Source of the DNA: a virus
Reading direction: 5' to 3' (one strand)
DNA length: 31,970 bases
Virus record (IMG/VR): IMGVR_UViG_3300045988_119157
Location: 1 to 31,970 of that record
The position numbers were made by a program, and so were the translations under genes. Positions 16,669-25,650 of the stretch are shown in pieces. Numbering within the stretch: position 1 is the first letter of the stretch; each line of letters starts with the position of its first letter. The notes below the pieces were generated by a model that made no database searches, had not been told where the DNA came from, and saw only the letters and a program-made list of their open reading frames with translations.

Positions 16669-19191
16669 GTGGCGGTTTCCTACAAGGGTCTCGTCATCAG
16701 GTTCGGCGGTGACACGACGGAGCTTCAGGGCGCGCTGAAGCAGGTGCAAAAGGCGTCGAAGGACACTCAGAGCGACCTGCGGGACATAAACAAGGCGCTT
16801 AAGTTCGACCCCGGCAACACGGAGCTGCTTGAGCAGAAGGTGAGGGCGCTGAGCGCGGCCTACTCGGACATTGAAAGGAAGCTCGATGCATACAAGCAGG
16901 CGCTCGCGCAACTCGAAAGCAAGAAGCAGAGCGGCGCGAAGCTGACCGCCGAGGAAGAGCGGCAGTACGACAGCCTCAAACGCGCGATCATGCAATGCGA
17001 GCGGCAGCTTGAGAGCTACGGCGATGACCTGAAGGCAACCGCACGCGAGGCGGAAGGCTCTAAGACGGCGCTCGGCAAGGTGGGTCAGGCGATCGAGGAC
17101 AACGCGGACAAGATTTCTAGCGCCGGTTCAAAGATGTCCAGTGCGGGAACGGCGTTATCTGGCGGAATCGTCGGCGCGGCAGGCGCCCTATCCGGACTCG
17201 CGGCGAGCCAAGAGGAAGCCATACAGCAGAGTGGCCAGCTCGAGACGGCCTGGGAGAGCGCCGGTGGGACAGCCGAGCAGGCTTCCGGGACATACGCGAC
17301 GTTCTACCGCATCTTGGGCGAGTCCGACACGGCCACCGAGGCATCCCAGAACCTCGCGCGTCTCACGACGAACGAACGTGAGTTGAAGCAATGGACGGAC
17401 ATCGCCGCCGGTGCCTACGCGACATTTGGCGATGCCCTCCCCCTCGAAAACCTCGCCGAGGCGGCGCAGGAGACGGCGCACACGGGGACCGTAACGGGCG
17501 GTCTCGCAGATGCGCTCAACTGGTCGACGGCGAGCGCCGAGCAGTGGAGTGCGGCACTCGCTGGGCACTCCGCCGCGCAAGACGCATTCAATGCGGCCGT
17601 CGCTGACGGGCAGACCAAGGAGGACGCGTTCAACGCGACCCTCGCCGCATGCGGAAGCGAGCAGGAGCGCTCGCAGCTCATCACCGAGACCCTTACCGGC
17701 CTTTATGGCGAGGCGGGAAAGCAGTATCAGGAAACCAACGCCGACCTCCTTGCATCGCGTGACGCCCAGAACGAGATGAACAAGAGCATGCAGGATCTTG
17801 GCGAGGCCGCCACGCCAGTCAAGACGGCCGTGACCGAGATCGGGACGAGCCTCCTGAACACGCTCGCACCCGCCCTTGAAAAGGTGACGGGCTGGTACAA
17901 GTCCCTGTCACCCGAGCAGCAGGAGCTTGTGAACAACCTAGCTCTCGGTGCCGTGGCTTTCGGCGGCGTCACGACCGCCGTCGGCAAGACGATGGAGGCG
18001 GCCGATGGCGTCGGCAGGGCTTTCAAGACGGCGGGCGAGCTTTGGGGCGGTGCCAAGTCAGTAATGGGAGACACCGGGTTTCTGGGCACTATCAAGAGCG
18101 GGTTCGGCAGCATCGTCACGAAGGGCGGAGAGCTTGGCGGCATGCTCGCAGGCAAGCTCGCGACTGGATGGACCGGCTTCACCGGCCTGATCGCCGCGCA
18201 CCCAATCGGCTTGGGCGTCGCTGCCGTGAGCGCCGCCGTCGCAGGTCTGGCGTGGTTCTTCACGCAGACCGAGACGGGCAAGCAGATGTGGTCTGATTTC
18301 ACCGGCTGGATCTCCGAAAAATGGCAGGGAGTGCAAAACTGCCTTTCGGGCGCGGGCGAGTTCTTCGGCGGCGTCTGGGAGGACGTCAAGAGCGGTGCCA
18401 GCGATTTCGTGAGCGGAGTCGGCGAGAAGTGGGAGAACCTCAAGGCGAACACGAGCAACGCGTTCTCCGGCATAAAGCAGACCATCCAAGGGGACATGGA
18501 GACCGGCAAGCGCGTCGGCTCTGCGGCATCTAATGCTCTCAAGGCCGCAATGAACGGAGACTGGCAGGGCGCGAGCACTCAGGCCGCAAGCGCCTTCAAC
18601 CTCATCAAGAGCAACATCCAAAGCAAGATGGACGCGACGCGGAGCCAGGCTGTGAGCATCGCCGACCGAATCGGCGATAAACTCGGCTTCCCCGGTCTCG
18701 GCTCTAAGGTGAGCAGTGTTTTTAACTCGGTTAAGGGATTCATTCAGAACCCGATCCAGAGCGCTTGGAACGCTATTTCCGGAATTCCCGGCAAGATCAT
18801 GGGTGCGTTCAACGGCATCCGCATCAGCATCCCCAAGCCCAAGCTGCCGCACTTCAACGTGCGCTGGAACGATTTCGGACCGATCAGCCTGCCGAGTGTG
18901 AGCGTCAGCTGGTACAAGAGGGGCGGATACTTCGACGGCCCGTCGATCATCGGCGTCGGCGAGGCGGGCGGCGAGTTCGTCGCGCCTGAGCGTCAGCTTA
19001 AGGGCTTCATCGAGACTTCGGTAAACAAGGCGTTCTCTAGATTCAATTCTTCGCCGAACCAGTCTGTGAGCGTTGCCGTAACCGTCAACGCGACCGTTGC
19101 CGACGGCGTTGATGCATACGAGACGGGTCAGCAGATCGGCATCGGAATCGCAAGCAAGCTGAAGCAAAGGGGTGTTCCAGTTGCGACGTAA
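16669..19191 (+). CDS. Tape measure protein
   Basis: The product is 840 aa, Ala/Gly-rich and coiled-coil with hydrophobic segments. The gene has a GTG start after GAAGGTGA. Confidence 0.85.
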   Translation: MAVSYKGLVIRFGGDTTELQGALKQVQKASKDTQSDLRDINKALKFDPGNTELLEQKVRALSAAYSDIERKLDAYKQALAQLESKKQSGAKLTAEEERQYDSLKRAIMQCERQLESYGDDLKATAREAEGSKTALGKVGQAIEDNADKISSAGSKMSSAGTALSGGIVGAAGALSGLAASQEEAIQQSGQLETAWESAGGTAEQASGTYATFYRILGESDTATEASQNLARLTTNERELKQWTDIAAGAYATFGDALPLENLAEAAQETAHTGTVTGGLADALNWSTASAEQWSAALAGHSAAQDAFNAAVADGQTKEDAFNATLAACGSEQERSQLITETLTGLYGEAGKQYQETNADLLASRDAQNEMNKSMQDLGEAATPVKTAVTEIGTSLLNTLAPALEKVTGWYKSLSPEQQELVNNLALGAVAFGGVTTAVGKTMEAADGVGRAFKTAGELWGGAKSVMGDTGFLGTIKSGFGSIVTKGGELGGMLAGKLATGWTGFTGLIAAHPIGLGVAAVSAAVAGLAWFFTQTETGKQMWSDFTGWISEKWQGVQNCLSGAGEFFGGVWEDVKSGASDFVSGVGEKWENLKANTSNAFSGIKQTIQGDMETGKRVGSAASNALKAAMNGDWQGASTQAASAFNLIKSNIQSKMDATRSQAVSIADRIGDKLGFPGLGSKVSSVFNSVKGFIQNPIQSAWNAISGIPGKIMGAFNGIRISIPKPKLPHFNVRWNDFGPISLPSVSVSWYKRGGYFDGPSIIGVGEAGGEFVAPERQLKGFIETSVNKAFSRFNSSPNQSVSVAVTVNATVADGVDAYETGQQIGIGIASKLKQRGVPVAT

Positions 19192-19906
19192 CCAGCATGA
19201 CAGAATCATCTTCAACGGCAACGACTTGTCTAAGCTCGTTTACTGCAAGGTTCGCAGGCCGATCATGGCGGACGTGGCAACGACGTTCGAGGCCGTCCCC
19301 GGTCGGCACGGGGAGGTATTCAAGGGTGCGTTCCGCTCCGGTTACGACCTTCCAGTTGAGATCTGGCTTAGATCTGAAGACCGCCGCGATGTTGCCGACA
19401 TTCGCCATAAGCTCGCGGCGGCGCTGTGGTCCGACGAGCCAGCTCCGCTCTACCTGCCCGATGACCCGACACGGTATCTGATGGCAATTGCCACAGGGAA
19501 CACGGACTTGGATGAGATCACCGACGATTGCCCGACAACGACCGTGACGTTCCACGTCGGAGACCCAGATTTCTACGGCCAGAAACGGCGCGTTGATGCG
19601 TCTGCCGGTAATGTCTTCATCAGGGCGGGCGGGAACAGACCGACTCACATGAAGGTCACGGCGAAGCCCGCTGCTGGCAGCAAGTGGCAGATCACCAACG
19701 TGGACACCGGCGAGTTCGTCGCGGTCAACACGACGCTCACGCAGTCGAGCACGATTGAGGTTGACATGGCCATGGAGCGCGTGACCGTAAACGGGCACGA
19801 CGCTCCCGTTTCCATCGATTCCGATTTCTTCGAGATAGACGGGCGGTGCCGTCTCAACATAACGAGCGGCACCGCCGTTCTGGAATGGCGGGAAAGATGG
19901 CTCTAG
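19172..19906 (+). CDS. Distal tail protein (Dit, Sipho_tail family)
   Basis: The N-terminus IIFNGNDLS...RRP..A is typical of the family. The gene overlaps the end of the tape-measure gene. Confidence 0.65.
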   Translation: MFQLRRNQHDRIIFNGNDLSKLVYCKVRRPIMADVATTFEAVPGRHGEVFKGAFRSGYDLPVEIWLRSEDRRDVADIRHKLAAALWSDEPAPLYLPDDPTRYLMAIATGNTDLDEITDDCPTTTVTFHVGDPDFYGQKRRVDASAGNVFIRAGGNRPTHMKVTAKPAAGSKWQITNVDTGEFVAVNTTLTQSSTIEVDMAMERVTVNGHDAPVSIDSDFFEIDGRCRLNITSGTAVLEWRERWL

Positions 19907-22485
19907 TAAGGCGCATAGGCTTCACCCGCTTCAGCAGGTGGGGCGAAAACCTAGGCAGGCTCCATGTCAGCGCGGCGACGCACGCCGATGCGCTCGACGG
20001 GACGGATGAGCTTAAAATCACGTGCGACGAAGATTTGCAGAAGGGCGATAGGATCGTCTGGATCGACCAGCAGGGCGAGTGCCACGAGCACATGGTTGAC
20101 GAGTTCGACCGCATCCACGATGACAGCGGAGCGCCGAAGACCAAGGCAACGTGCATCAACTCGATCGCCGAGACGTGGGACGATTGGGTTGACGATAAGA
20201 GGCCGAGCGGTGGCGTTTCGGTTGCGCTCGCGTCGATCCTGTCCGGCACGCGCTGGGATGTTGGCACATGCGATCAGGGCGGCAGCGCATCCCATACCTT
20301 CTACCACCAGAGCGTGCGCGAGTCCATCGCTGGCATCTGCAAGACGTGGGGCGGCGAGCTTGAGACCGCGATAGTCCACGACGGCGCGGGCATCGTGTCG
20401 CGCCGCGTCGGCATCCGCGCGAAACGCGGGCGCAGGGACAGCGCGAAGCGGTTCACATGGACTAAAGACCTGCTCTCTGTGAAGCGCACCGTCGCGAGCG
20501 ACAACCCGAAGACGCGCGTCTACGGCTACGGGAAGGGCGTGGAGACTGACGGCGGAGGGTTTGGACGCAGGTTGACGTTCGGATCCATAAACGGCGGAAA
20601 GGATTACATCGAGGATGCCGAAGCCGCCAAGGTTTGGGGTCACCCGGACGGCAAGGGCGGAGTCCTCCCGTCTGTGTGCTCCTATGTCAACGAGCAGTGC
20701 GAGGACGCGTCGCAGCTCTTGCGGGAGACGAGAGACTATCTAGAGAAGGTCAAGGAGCCTAAAGTCACCTATACGGCATCGGTCATAGACCTATACGCCT
20801 TCGGTCGTTCATGGGAGGGCGTGGGCGTTGGCGATGACGTTGCAATCATCGACAAGGGTTTTTCGGATGACGGTATCAGACTGCATGGCCGCGTATCGAA
20901 AATCGAGCGCGATCTGCTCACAGGCGATGCGACTGTCACGTTCGGCAACCTGTCCGACGCGATGGCTGACATGTGGCAGGGCGTGAGCAACGCGATCAGC
21001 GGCAACAGCCAACAGAACGCTCTATATGATGCCGCAGCAGGAACGTCGGTGGCATGGCTGATACAGCTTCAAGCCGCGCTGAACGCCCAATTCAACGCCG
21101 TGGGCACATACAAGGTCGAGACGTTCGAACTCGGCACGATTTGGAGCAACGTGCCAATTGGCGCCGAGACGGGCCTGCCGCTCAAATCGACCTCCGGAAT
21201 GTGGGCCGTCAACATAAACGGCGCGGGAATCCGTCTCGCGGCCAACCTGGCGCCTAACGGCCAATGGGATTGGCGCACGTTCATCACCGGCGCACAGGTC
21301 AGCGCTGACGCAATCAACGCAGGAACCATGCGCGCCGAGCGCATCAGAGCCGGTCTGCTGACCGATGAGCTTGGAGACAACTTCTGGAATCTCAGCTCGG
21401 GAGATTTCTCGCTTTCCGCCAATGCGGTCCTTGGCGGAAAGACCGTCGATGCGCTCATGGGTGAGATCGACGGCCTTGACAACGCTATTGACGGACTCGA
21501 CAAGACGATCGATGGCATTGCGACTGACGGAATAATCACCGAGGCGGAGCGCGCAGCGGTGTCGAAGATCCTGCAATCCCTTGAGAAGGAATACAGGGAC
21601 ATCAAGACCGACTATGGCTCTCTCATGGGCAACACGAGTCTTAACGCCTCGTTCAAATCGGTCCTGAGCACGCAATATGACTCGGTTTTCGGCGAACGCG
21701 GGACATATCCGCATCTCCTTCTGATGATTGAGAACGTCGTTGCCGTCACCACGGCAAGCGACCTCACTCAGGCAATGCAGCTTTACGATGCCGCGTACAG
21801 CAACTATTCGGCGACCCTAAGCTCGTATAAATCCGCCGTGCGTCAAGCGCGCAACATCATCGAGCAGACTCAGGCGCAGCAGAAGGTTGACATCCTCGAT
21901 GACTCACTCGACCAGATGGACGTCTTCAACCGGCTCACGCAGAACGGCAGGACTCAGGGCGTCTACATGCAAGGCGGGCTACTTTATGTAAATGCGACTT
22001 ATATGGCAACCGGAACGCTTAGTGATGTACGTGGTCGCAATACGTGGAATCTGAACACGGGCAAGCTCACGACAAACTACATGACAGCAAACAACATCAG
22101 CGCAAACGGCACGTTCGAATGCGGTTCGGCATCTAACCTCCTGCGCGTTACCGGCGGTGTCGTGTATGGATACGAGAACGGGGAAAAGATCGGCCACATC
22201 GACTTCTCGGCGCACTCGTACAACATCGACAACCCGTCAATCAAATATCGCGGAATCCAGCTGACTGCGGACGGAATCGTTCGCATCAGCACGCCGCAAA
22301 TCTCAACGGCAGTCTCTAACGACCAGAGCGTAACGGCAACGATATGCCATACGGGAAACCACACCATGCGCTACATCAAGGACATAACGGACAAGGGGAA
22401 TGGCGTCATAGGCTGGTCATGGATAGAGCGGTCGGTGAACTTCAAGAACGGCCTGTGCACGTGGTGCAACCTTGGAGATGAATAG
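19897..22485 (+). CDS. Tail-associated lysin-like / baseplate hub protein (Tal) with C-terminal fibre-like repeats
   Basis: The gene is about 860 aa and lies after Dit. Internal coiled-coil repeats are present (IDGLDNAIDGLDKTIDGI). The start is ambiguous among 19846, 19885 and 19897. Confidence 0.6.
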   Translation: MALVRRIGFTRFSRWGENLGRLHVSAATHADALDGTDELKITCDEDLQKGDRIVWIDQQGECHEHMVDEFDRIHDDSGAPKTKATCINSIAETWDDWVDDKRPSGGVSVALASILSGTRWDVGTCDQGGSASHTFYHQSVRESIAGICKTWGGELETAIVHDGAGIVSRRVGIRAKRGRRDSAKRFTWTKDLLSVKRTVASDNPKTRVYGYGKGVETDGGGFGRRLTFGSINGGKDYIEDAEAAKVWGHPDGKGGVLPSVCSYVNEQCEDASQLLRETRDYLEKVKEPKVTYTASVIDLYAFGRSWEGVGVGDDVAIIDKGFSDDGIRLHGRVSKIERDLLTGDATVTFGNLSDAMADMWQGVSNAISGNSQQNALYDAAAGTSVAWLIQLQAALNAQFNAVGTYKVETFELGTIWSNVPIGAETGLPLKSTSGMWAVNINGAGIRLAANLAPNGQWDWRTFITGAQVSADAINAGTMRAERIRAGLLTDELGDNFWNLSSGDFSLSANAVLGGKTVDALMGEIDGLDNAIDGLDKTIDGIATDGIITEAERAAVSKILQSLEKEYRDIKTDYGSLMGNTSLNASFKSVLSTQYDSVFGERGTYPHLLLMIENVVAVTTASDLTQAMQLYDAAYSNYSATLSSYKSAVRQARNIIEQTQAQQKVDILDDSLDQMDVFNRLTQNGRTQGVYMQGGLLYVNATYMATGTLSDVRGRNTWNLNTGKLTTNYMTANNISANGTFECGSASNLLRVTGGVVYGYENGEKIGHIDFSAHSYNIDNPSIKYRGIQLTADGIVRISTPQISTAVSNDQSVTATICHTGNHTMRYIKDITDKGNGVIGWSWIERSVNFKNGLCTWCNLGDE

Positions 22486-22493
22486 GAGTCCAA

Positions 22494-22895
22494 ATGGCAA
22501 GGATCACTCATTTTATTGCTCACGACCCCATTACAAACAGCGAGGGGGTAGTTACGGAATACGACCAAGAGCTGTTATCTAGGGCGTCAGACTCGGGAAT
22601 CGTTTTTATCTCAGTTGACGAACAGGGAAATAGGCAGATTGTACCCGTCGATGAGGTCAAGGAGCCGGATCAGGTCGGCGGAGATTACCAGATTGTCCAA
22701 CCGCTATATGTCGATCAGCGAATGCAAGCGGTCGTTGATGTGTTCGACGCCCTGTCGGCGAGCGTTCCAGCAGTTACCGCGAGCGCCGACGTGCAGTCAG
22801 CATCCGGCGAGTCGCGTTCTTCCGTGAGTTTCAATGAAGCGCTGGAAAATCTTCGTTCACTCGCGTATGGAACCGGAGAGAAAGGCGGCGAGTGA
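22494..22895 (+). CDS. Hypothetical tail-associated protein (133 aa)
   Basis: The RBS is AGGAG. The gene lies within the tail-fibre gene block. Confidence 0.5.
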   Translation: MARITHFIAHDPITNSEGVVTEYDQELLSRASDSGIVFISVDEQGNRQIVPVDEVKEPDQVGGDYQIVQPLYVDQRMQAVVDVFDALSASVPAVTASADVQSASGESRSSVSFNEALENLRSLAYGTGEKGGE

Positions 22896-23896
22896 TGGGC
22901 AACACGCGGACTCTTGAACTCGACATCTCGAAAGAGGGAACGGGAGATTGCATAAAGGTCGGTCAGGGTGACGCTGGTGGAACAACAATCAATGCGCTCA
23001 TCTACGATAACGGCGCTGAGTTCGCACTTTCGGGCGCTACAGTATGGCTCGTCGTGATGCTCCCGAACAGGCGCAACTACTATCGCGGCCAGTGCTCGGT
23101 GAGCGGCAATACCGCCATGATCACGGTTGACGAAGCCAAGCTTTGCGGCGTTCCCGGATACACTGACGAGGCATATTTCACGATCACCACGGGCGGCAAG
23201 ACCTATTCGACGGAGCGCTTCGCAATCGAAATCCTGCGCAGCGCTCTTGACGGTCAGAAGCCAGCGCAAAGCTGGGATGACGCCGTGCAAGATCTCATCA
23301 ATCGCGGCGAGAGCGCGGTTTCCTCTGCCAACTCTGCGGCAAGTTCGGCGAATAAGGCCGCAAGCTCGGCAAACGCGGCTGCGGGAACGGCAAGTGCGGC
23401 TGCTGGAAGCGCGAATGCAGCTGCCAGCAAGGCGAGCACGGCGGCGTCAAACGCCGATGCCGCGACAGGAAAGGCGAACACGGCAGCAAGCTCCGCGAAC
23501 TCAGCAGCTTCCGCAGCGAGCGCCGCAAAGCAAAATGCGGACAAGGCAACTGACGCGGCAAGCAAAGCGGCTGGTATCGCCAATTCTGCGGCGTCAAGCG
23601 CAAACGCATCCGCATCGCGCGCCAACGGTGCCGCTGATGACGCGACGGCGGCTGCCACCAACGCGCTCAACATCGCGAACAGCATTGCGTCAATTAAGCC
23701 TCCCAGCAACACGGAGGTCGAGGAACTGAGGAAGGCCAACGAAATCCTCGCCTCTGCGGTGTCGGAGCTTCAGGACAAGTACGTCCTGATCGGTGAGACG
23801 GCATACGTCCCGCCGACCCGCGTGACCTCTTACAGCGGTGAGACGCTTGCGCTAGCGCAGTCGGGCATTTCCGACGAAACCGCGACCCTAAATTAA
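22892..23896 (+). CDS. BppU-like upper baseplate / fibre protein with an Ala-Ser-Asn heptad repeat stalk
   Basis: The N-terminus (TLELDISKEGTGD...QGD...LSGATVWL) resembles the BppU N-domain. The central roughly 125 aa are (SANxAAS)n repeats. Confidence 0.55.
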   Translation: MMGNTRTLELDISKEGTGDCIKVGQGDAGGTTINALIYDNGAEFALSGATVWLVVMLPNRRNYYRGQCSVSGNTAMITVDEAKLCGVPGYTDEAYFTITTGGKTYSTERFAIEILRSALDGQKPAQSWDDAVQDLINRGESAVSSANSAASSANKAASSANAAAGTASAAAGSANAAASKASTAASNADAATGKANTAASSANSAASAASAAKQNADKATDAASKAAGIANSAASSANASASRANGAADDATAAATNALNIANSIASIKPPSNTEVEELRKANEILASAVSELQDKYVLIGETAYVPPTRVTSYSGETLALAQSGISDETATLN

Positions 23897-23907
23897 GGAG
23901 AACCAAC

Positions 23908-24810
23908 ATGGCAGATGTCTCAGTCCTCACATTCAACGGCGCGCCGCGCAACGTCAAGGACGTCACCGCGCGGAACACGGCAAACGCCGCGACCACCGCT
24001 CAGGAATACGACCGACAGCAATTGACCGGAACCTATAAGGGGCGCTCCATCGAGTCAGTCTTCGCCGCCGAGATCGGCAGCGCAAACGTCTGGACGTGGC
24101 TCCAAAAGCGGGTGAAGGCAGCCAACTTCACGGGGCTTCGCATCGGCGATTACATCGACGTGCAGCTGAAGGCCGGTGTCAACGTCCCCTCCCAGACCGT
24201 CAGGTACCGCATCGCGGCCATCGACCCGTATTACCAGTGCGGGGACACACCGAAGGGCCACCATCTAGCGATGGTCCCGTCCGCCCCGGTGTCCGTCACC
24301 GGTGACAAGGCCGTGAACGGATCTTATATCAAGTGGCGCGACACGAACGACAACAACGGCATCGCAGATGAGAAGCACCCGTATCTGTGCTCGAAGCTGC
24401 ATGAGTGGGAGATCGGCGATTTCCTGCCGTCCCTCCCGACCGAGTGTCAAGCAGCCATCATGCCGCAACGCGTCTTGCTCAATGAGCGCTACGCGTCGAG
24501 CGGGAAGCTCACCGATGACAGCGGTTGGTCTTGGGTCGATCTGGGGAAGGTATGGTCTCTTTCCGAAATCGAGGTCTACGGGTTCCAAGCATGGAGCAAG
24601 ACTGGTTACAGCATCGGATTCGATTGCCATTTCCCGATTTTCGAAGACACGGCATCTCGAATCTTGGGAACTCGCGTCGCGTGGTGGCTCCGCTCCGTCA
24701 TGGGCGGTTCGTCCTCCAACGTGTGCAATGTCGGCAGCAACGGCATTGCCGGCGACAACGCCGCGACGCATGACTGGGTTCGCCCGTTCCCGTGCTTCCT
24801 CGTAGGCTGA
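23908..24810 (+). CDS. DGR target protein (putative receptor-binding protein) with a C-terminal variable region
   Basis: The last roughly 45 codons match the downstream TR except at TR adenines. Its position before avd fits the Mtd-like arrangement. Confidence 0.75.
   Translation: MADVSVLTFNGAPRNVKDVTARNTANAATTAQEYDRQQLTGTYKGRSIESVFAAEIGSANVWTWLQKRVKAANFTGLRIGDYIDVQLKAGVNVPSQTVRYRIAAIDPYYQCGDTPKGHHLAMVPSAPVSVTGDKAVNGSYIKWRDTNDNNGIADEKHPYLCSKLHEWEIGDFLPSLPTECQAAIMPQRVLLNERYASSGKLTDDSGWSWVDLGKVWSLSEIEVYGFQAWSKTGYSIGFDCHFPIFEDTASRILGTRVAWWLRSVMGGSSSNVCNVGSNGIAGDNAATHDWVRPFPCFLVG
24672..24799 (+). repeat. DGR variable region (VR)
   Basis: The 128-bp VR aligns to TR 25336-25463 with 11 mismatches at TR adenines. 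The A-to-G changes fall at 24679, 24733, 24734, 24737, 24751, 24752 and 24754. The A-to-C changes fall at 24680, 24769 and 24795. The A-to-T change falls at 24746. Only about 2 non-A mismatches occur, near the ends. Confidence 0.85.
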
Positions 24811-24837
24811 TTTATCAGCCGTACGCAACACTGAACC

Positions 24838-24860
24838 GGCGCATGCCTTGCGCATGCGCC
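24838..24860 (+). other. GC-rich hairpin downstream of the VR (DGR homing hairpin candidate)
   Basis: GGCGCATGC-cttgc-GCATGCGCC forms a 9-bp perfect stem. It lies 28 nt after the target stop and is absent after the TR. Confidence 0.5.
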
Positions 24861-24895
24861 ATCAGGTCGAGACGGCTTAGCAAGGAGATGGTCGT

Positions 24896-25306
24896 TTGAG
24901 TGGTGTATATGCCCGAAACAGGCATCTGAGTGCCCATAAGTATTTCACGCTTGCATTGGAGATAAGGGCAGAGATCACCAAGAAGGTGACAACGAAGCAG
25001 CTGCCGAAGTCGTACAGGTTCGTCTTCGCCGTCCCTATGGCCGAGACAGCCAGAAGCTTGGTCATGAATCTCGTAAAGGCGGATGCGTTCTACCCGAACA
25101 CCGCGCGAAACGTCGATGAGCGCAAGAGATTTATGACGCTCGCTATCGCCGACTGCAACCAACTGCTCCAAGACCTGCAATGCCTGAAGTCTCTCAACTC
25201 GAACATAAGCCTGTCGTGGTTCGAGACGCTTATTCAGGACGTCGATGATGACATAAAGCTCATCAAGGGCGCTCGGTCTGGCGTGAAACTGATAGGAAAG
25301 GGGTAA
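24896..25306 (+). CDS. avd: DGR accessory variability determinant (Avd-like four-helix-bundle protein)
   Basis: The product is a 136-aa basic helical protein. The TTG start lies 9 nt after AAGGAG. It sits between the target and TR as in canonical DGRs. The pattern resembles Avd / IVS-protein family. Confidence 0.6.
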   Translation: MSGVYARNRHLSAHKYFTLALEIRAEITKKVTTKQLPKSYRFVFAVPMAETARSLVMNLVKADAFYPNTARNVDERKRFMTLAIADCNQLLQDLQCLKSLNSNISLSWFETLIQDVDDDIKLIKGARSGVKLIGKG

Positions 25307-25335
25307 AATGAATAAGTGTTGCCCCTTGGAAATCT

Positions 25336-25463
25336 TCGCGTCAATTGGTGGCTCCGCTCCGTCATGGGCGGTTCGTCCTCCAACGTGTGCAATGTCAACA
25401 ACAACGGCAATGCCAACAACAACGCCGCGACGAATGACTGGGTTCGCCCGTTCCCGTGATTCC
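25336..25463 (+). repeat. DGR template repeat (TR)
   Basis: The TR is nearly identical to the VR. It is AAC/AAT-codon-rich (AAC AAC AAC GGC AAT GCC AAC AAC AAC) where the VR differs. Confidence 0.85.
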
Positions 25464-25650
25464 CAAGACCTGCCAGACCGCGCAGACCGCAGCTCTGAGC
25501 GCCGTGCATTTGAGGAAGGAAGGGGCAACCATCGGGCGCGCGCCCGTAAATTTGCACCCCGAGACGGTTGCCGTTCGCTTCTTGCATGGCGCGGGATTTG
25601 GCACCTGCCCGCGTTTCATGGTCATCCGTCAAGCGGCTTTCGGGTGCCGT

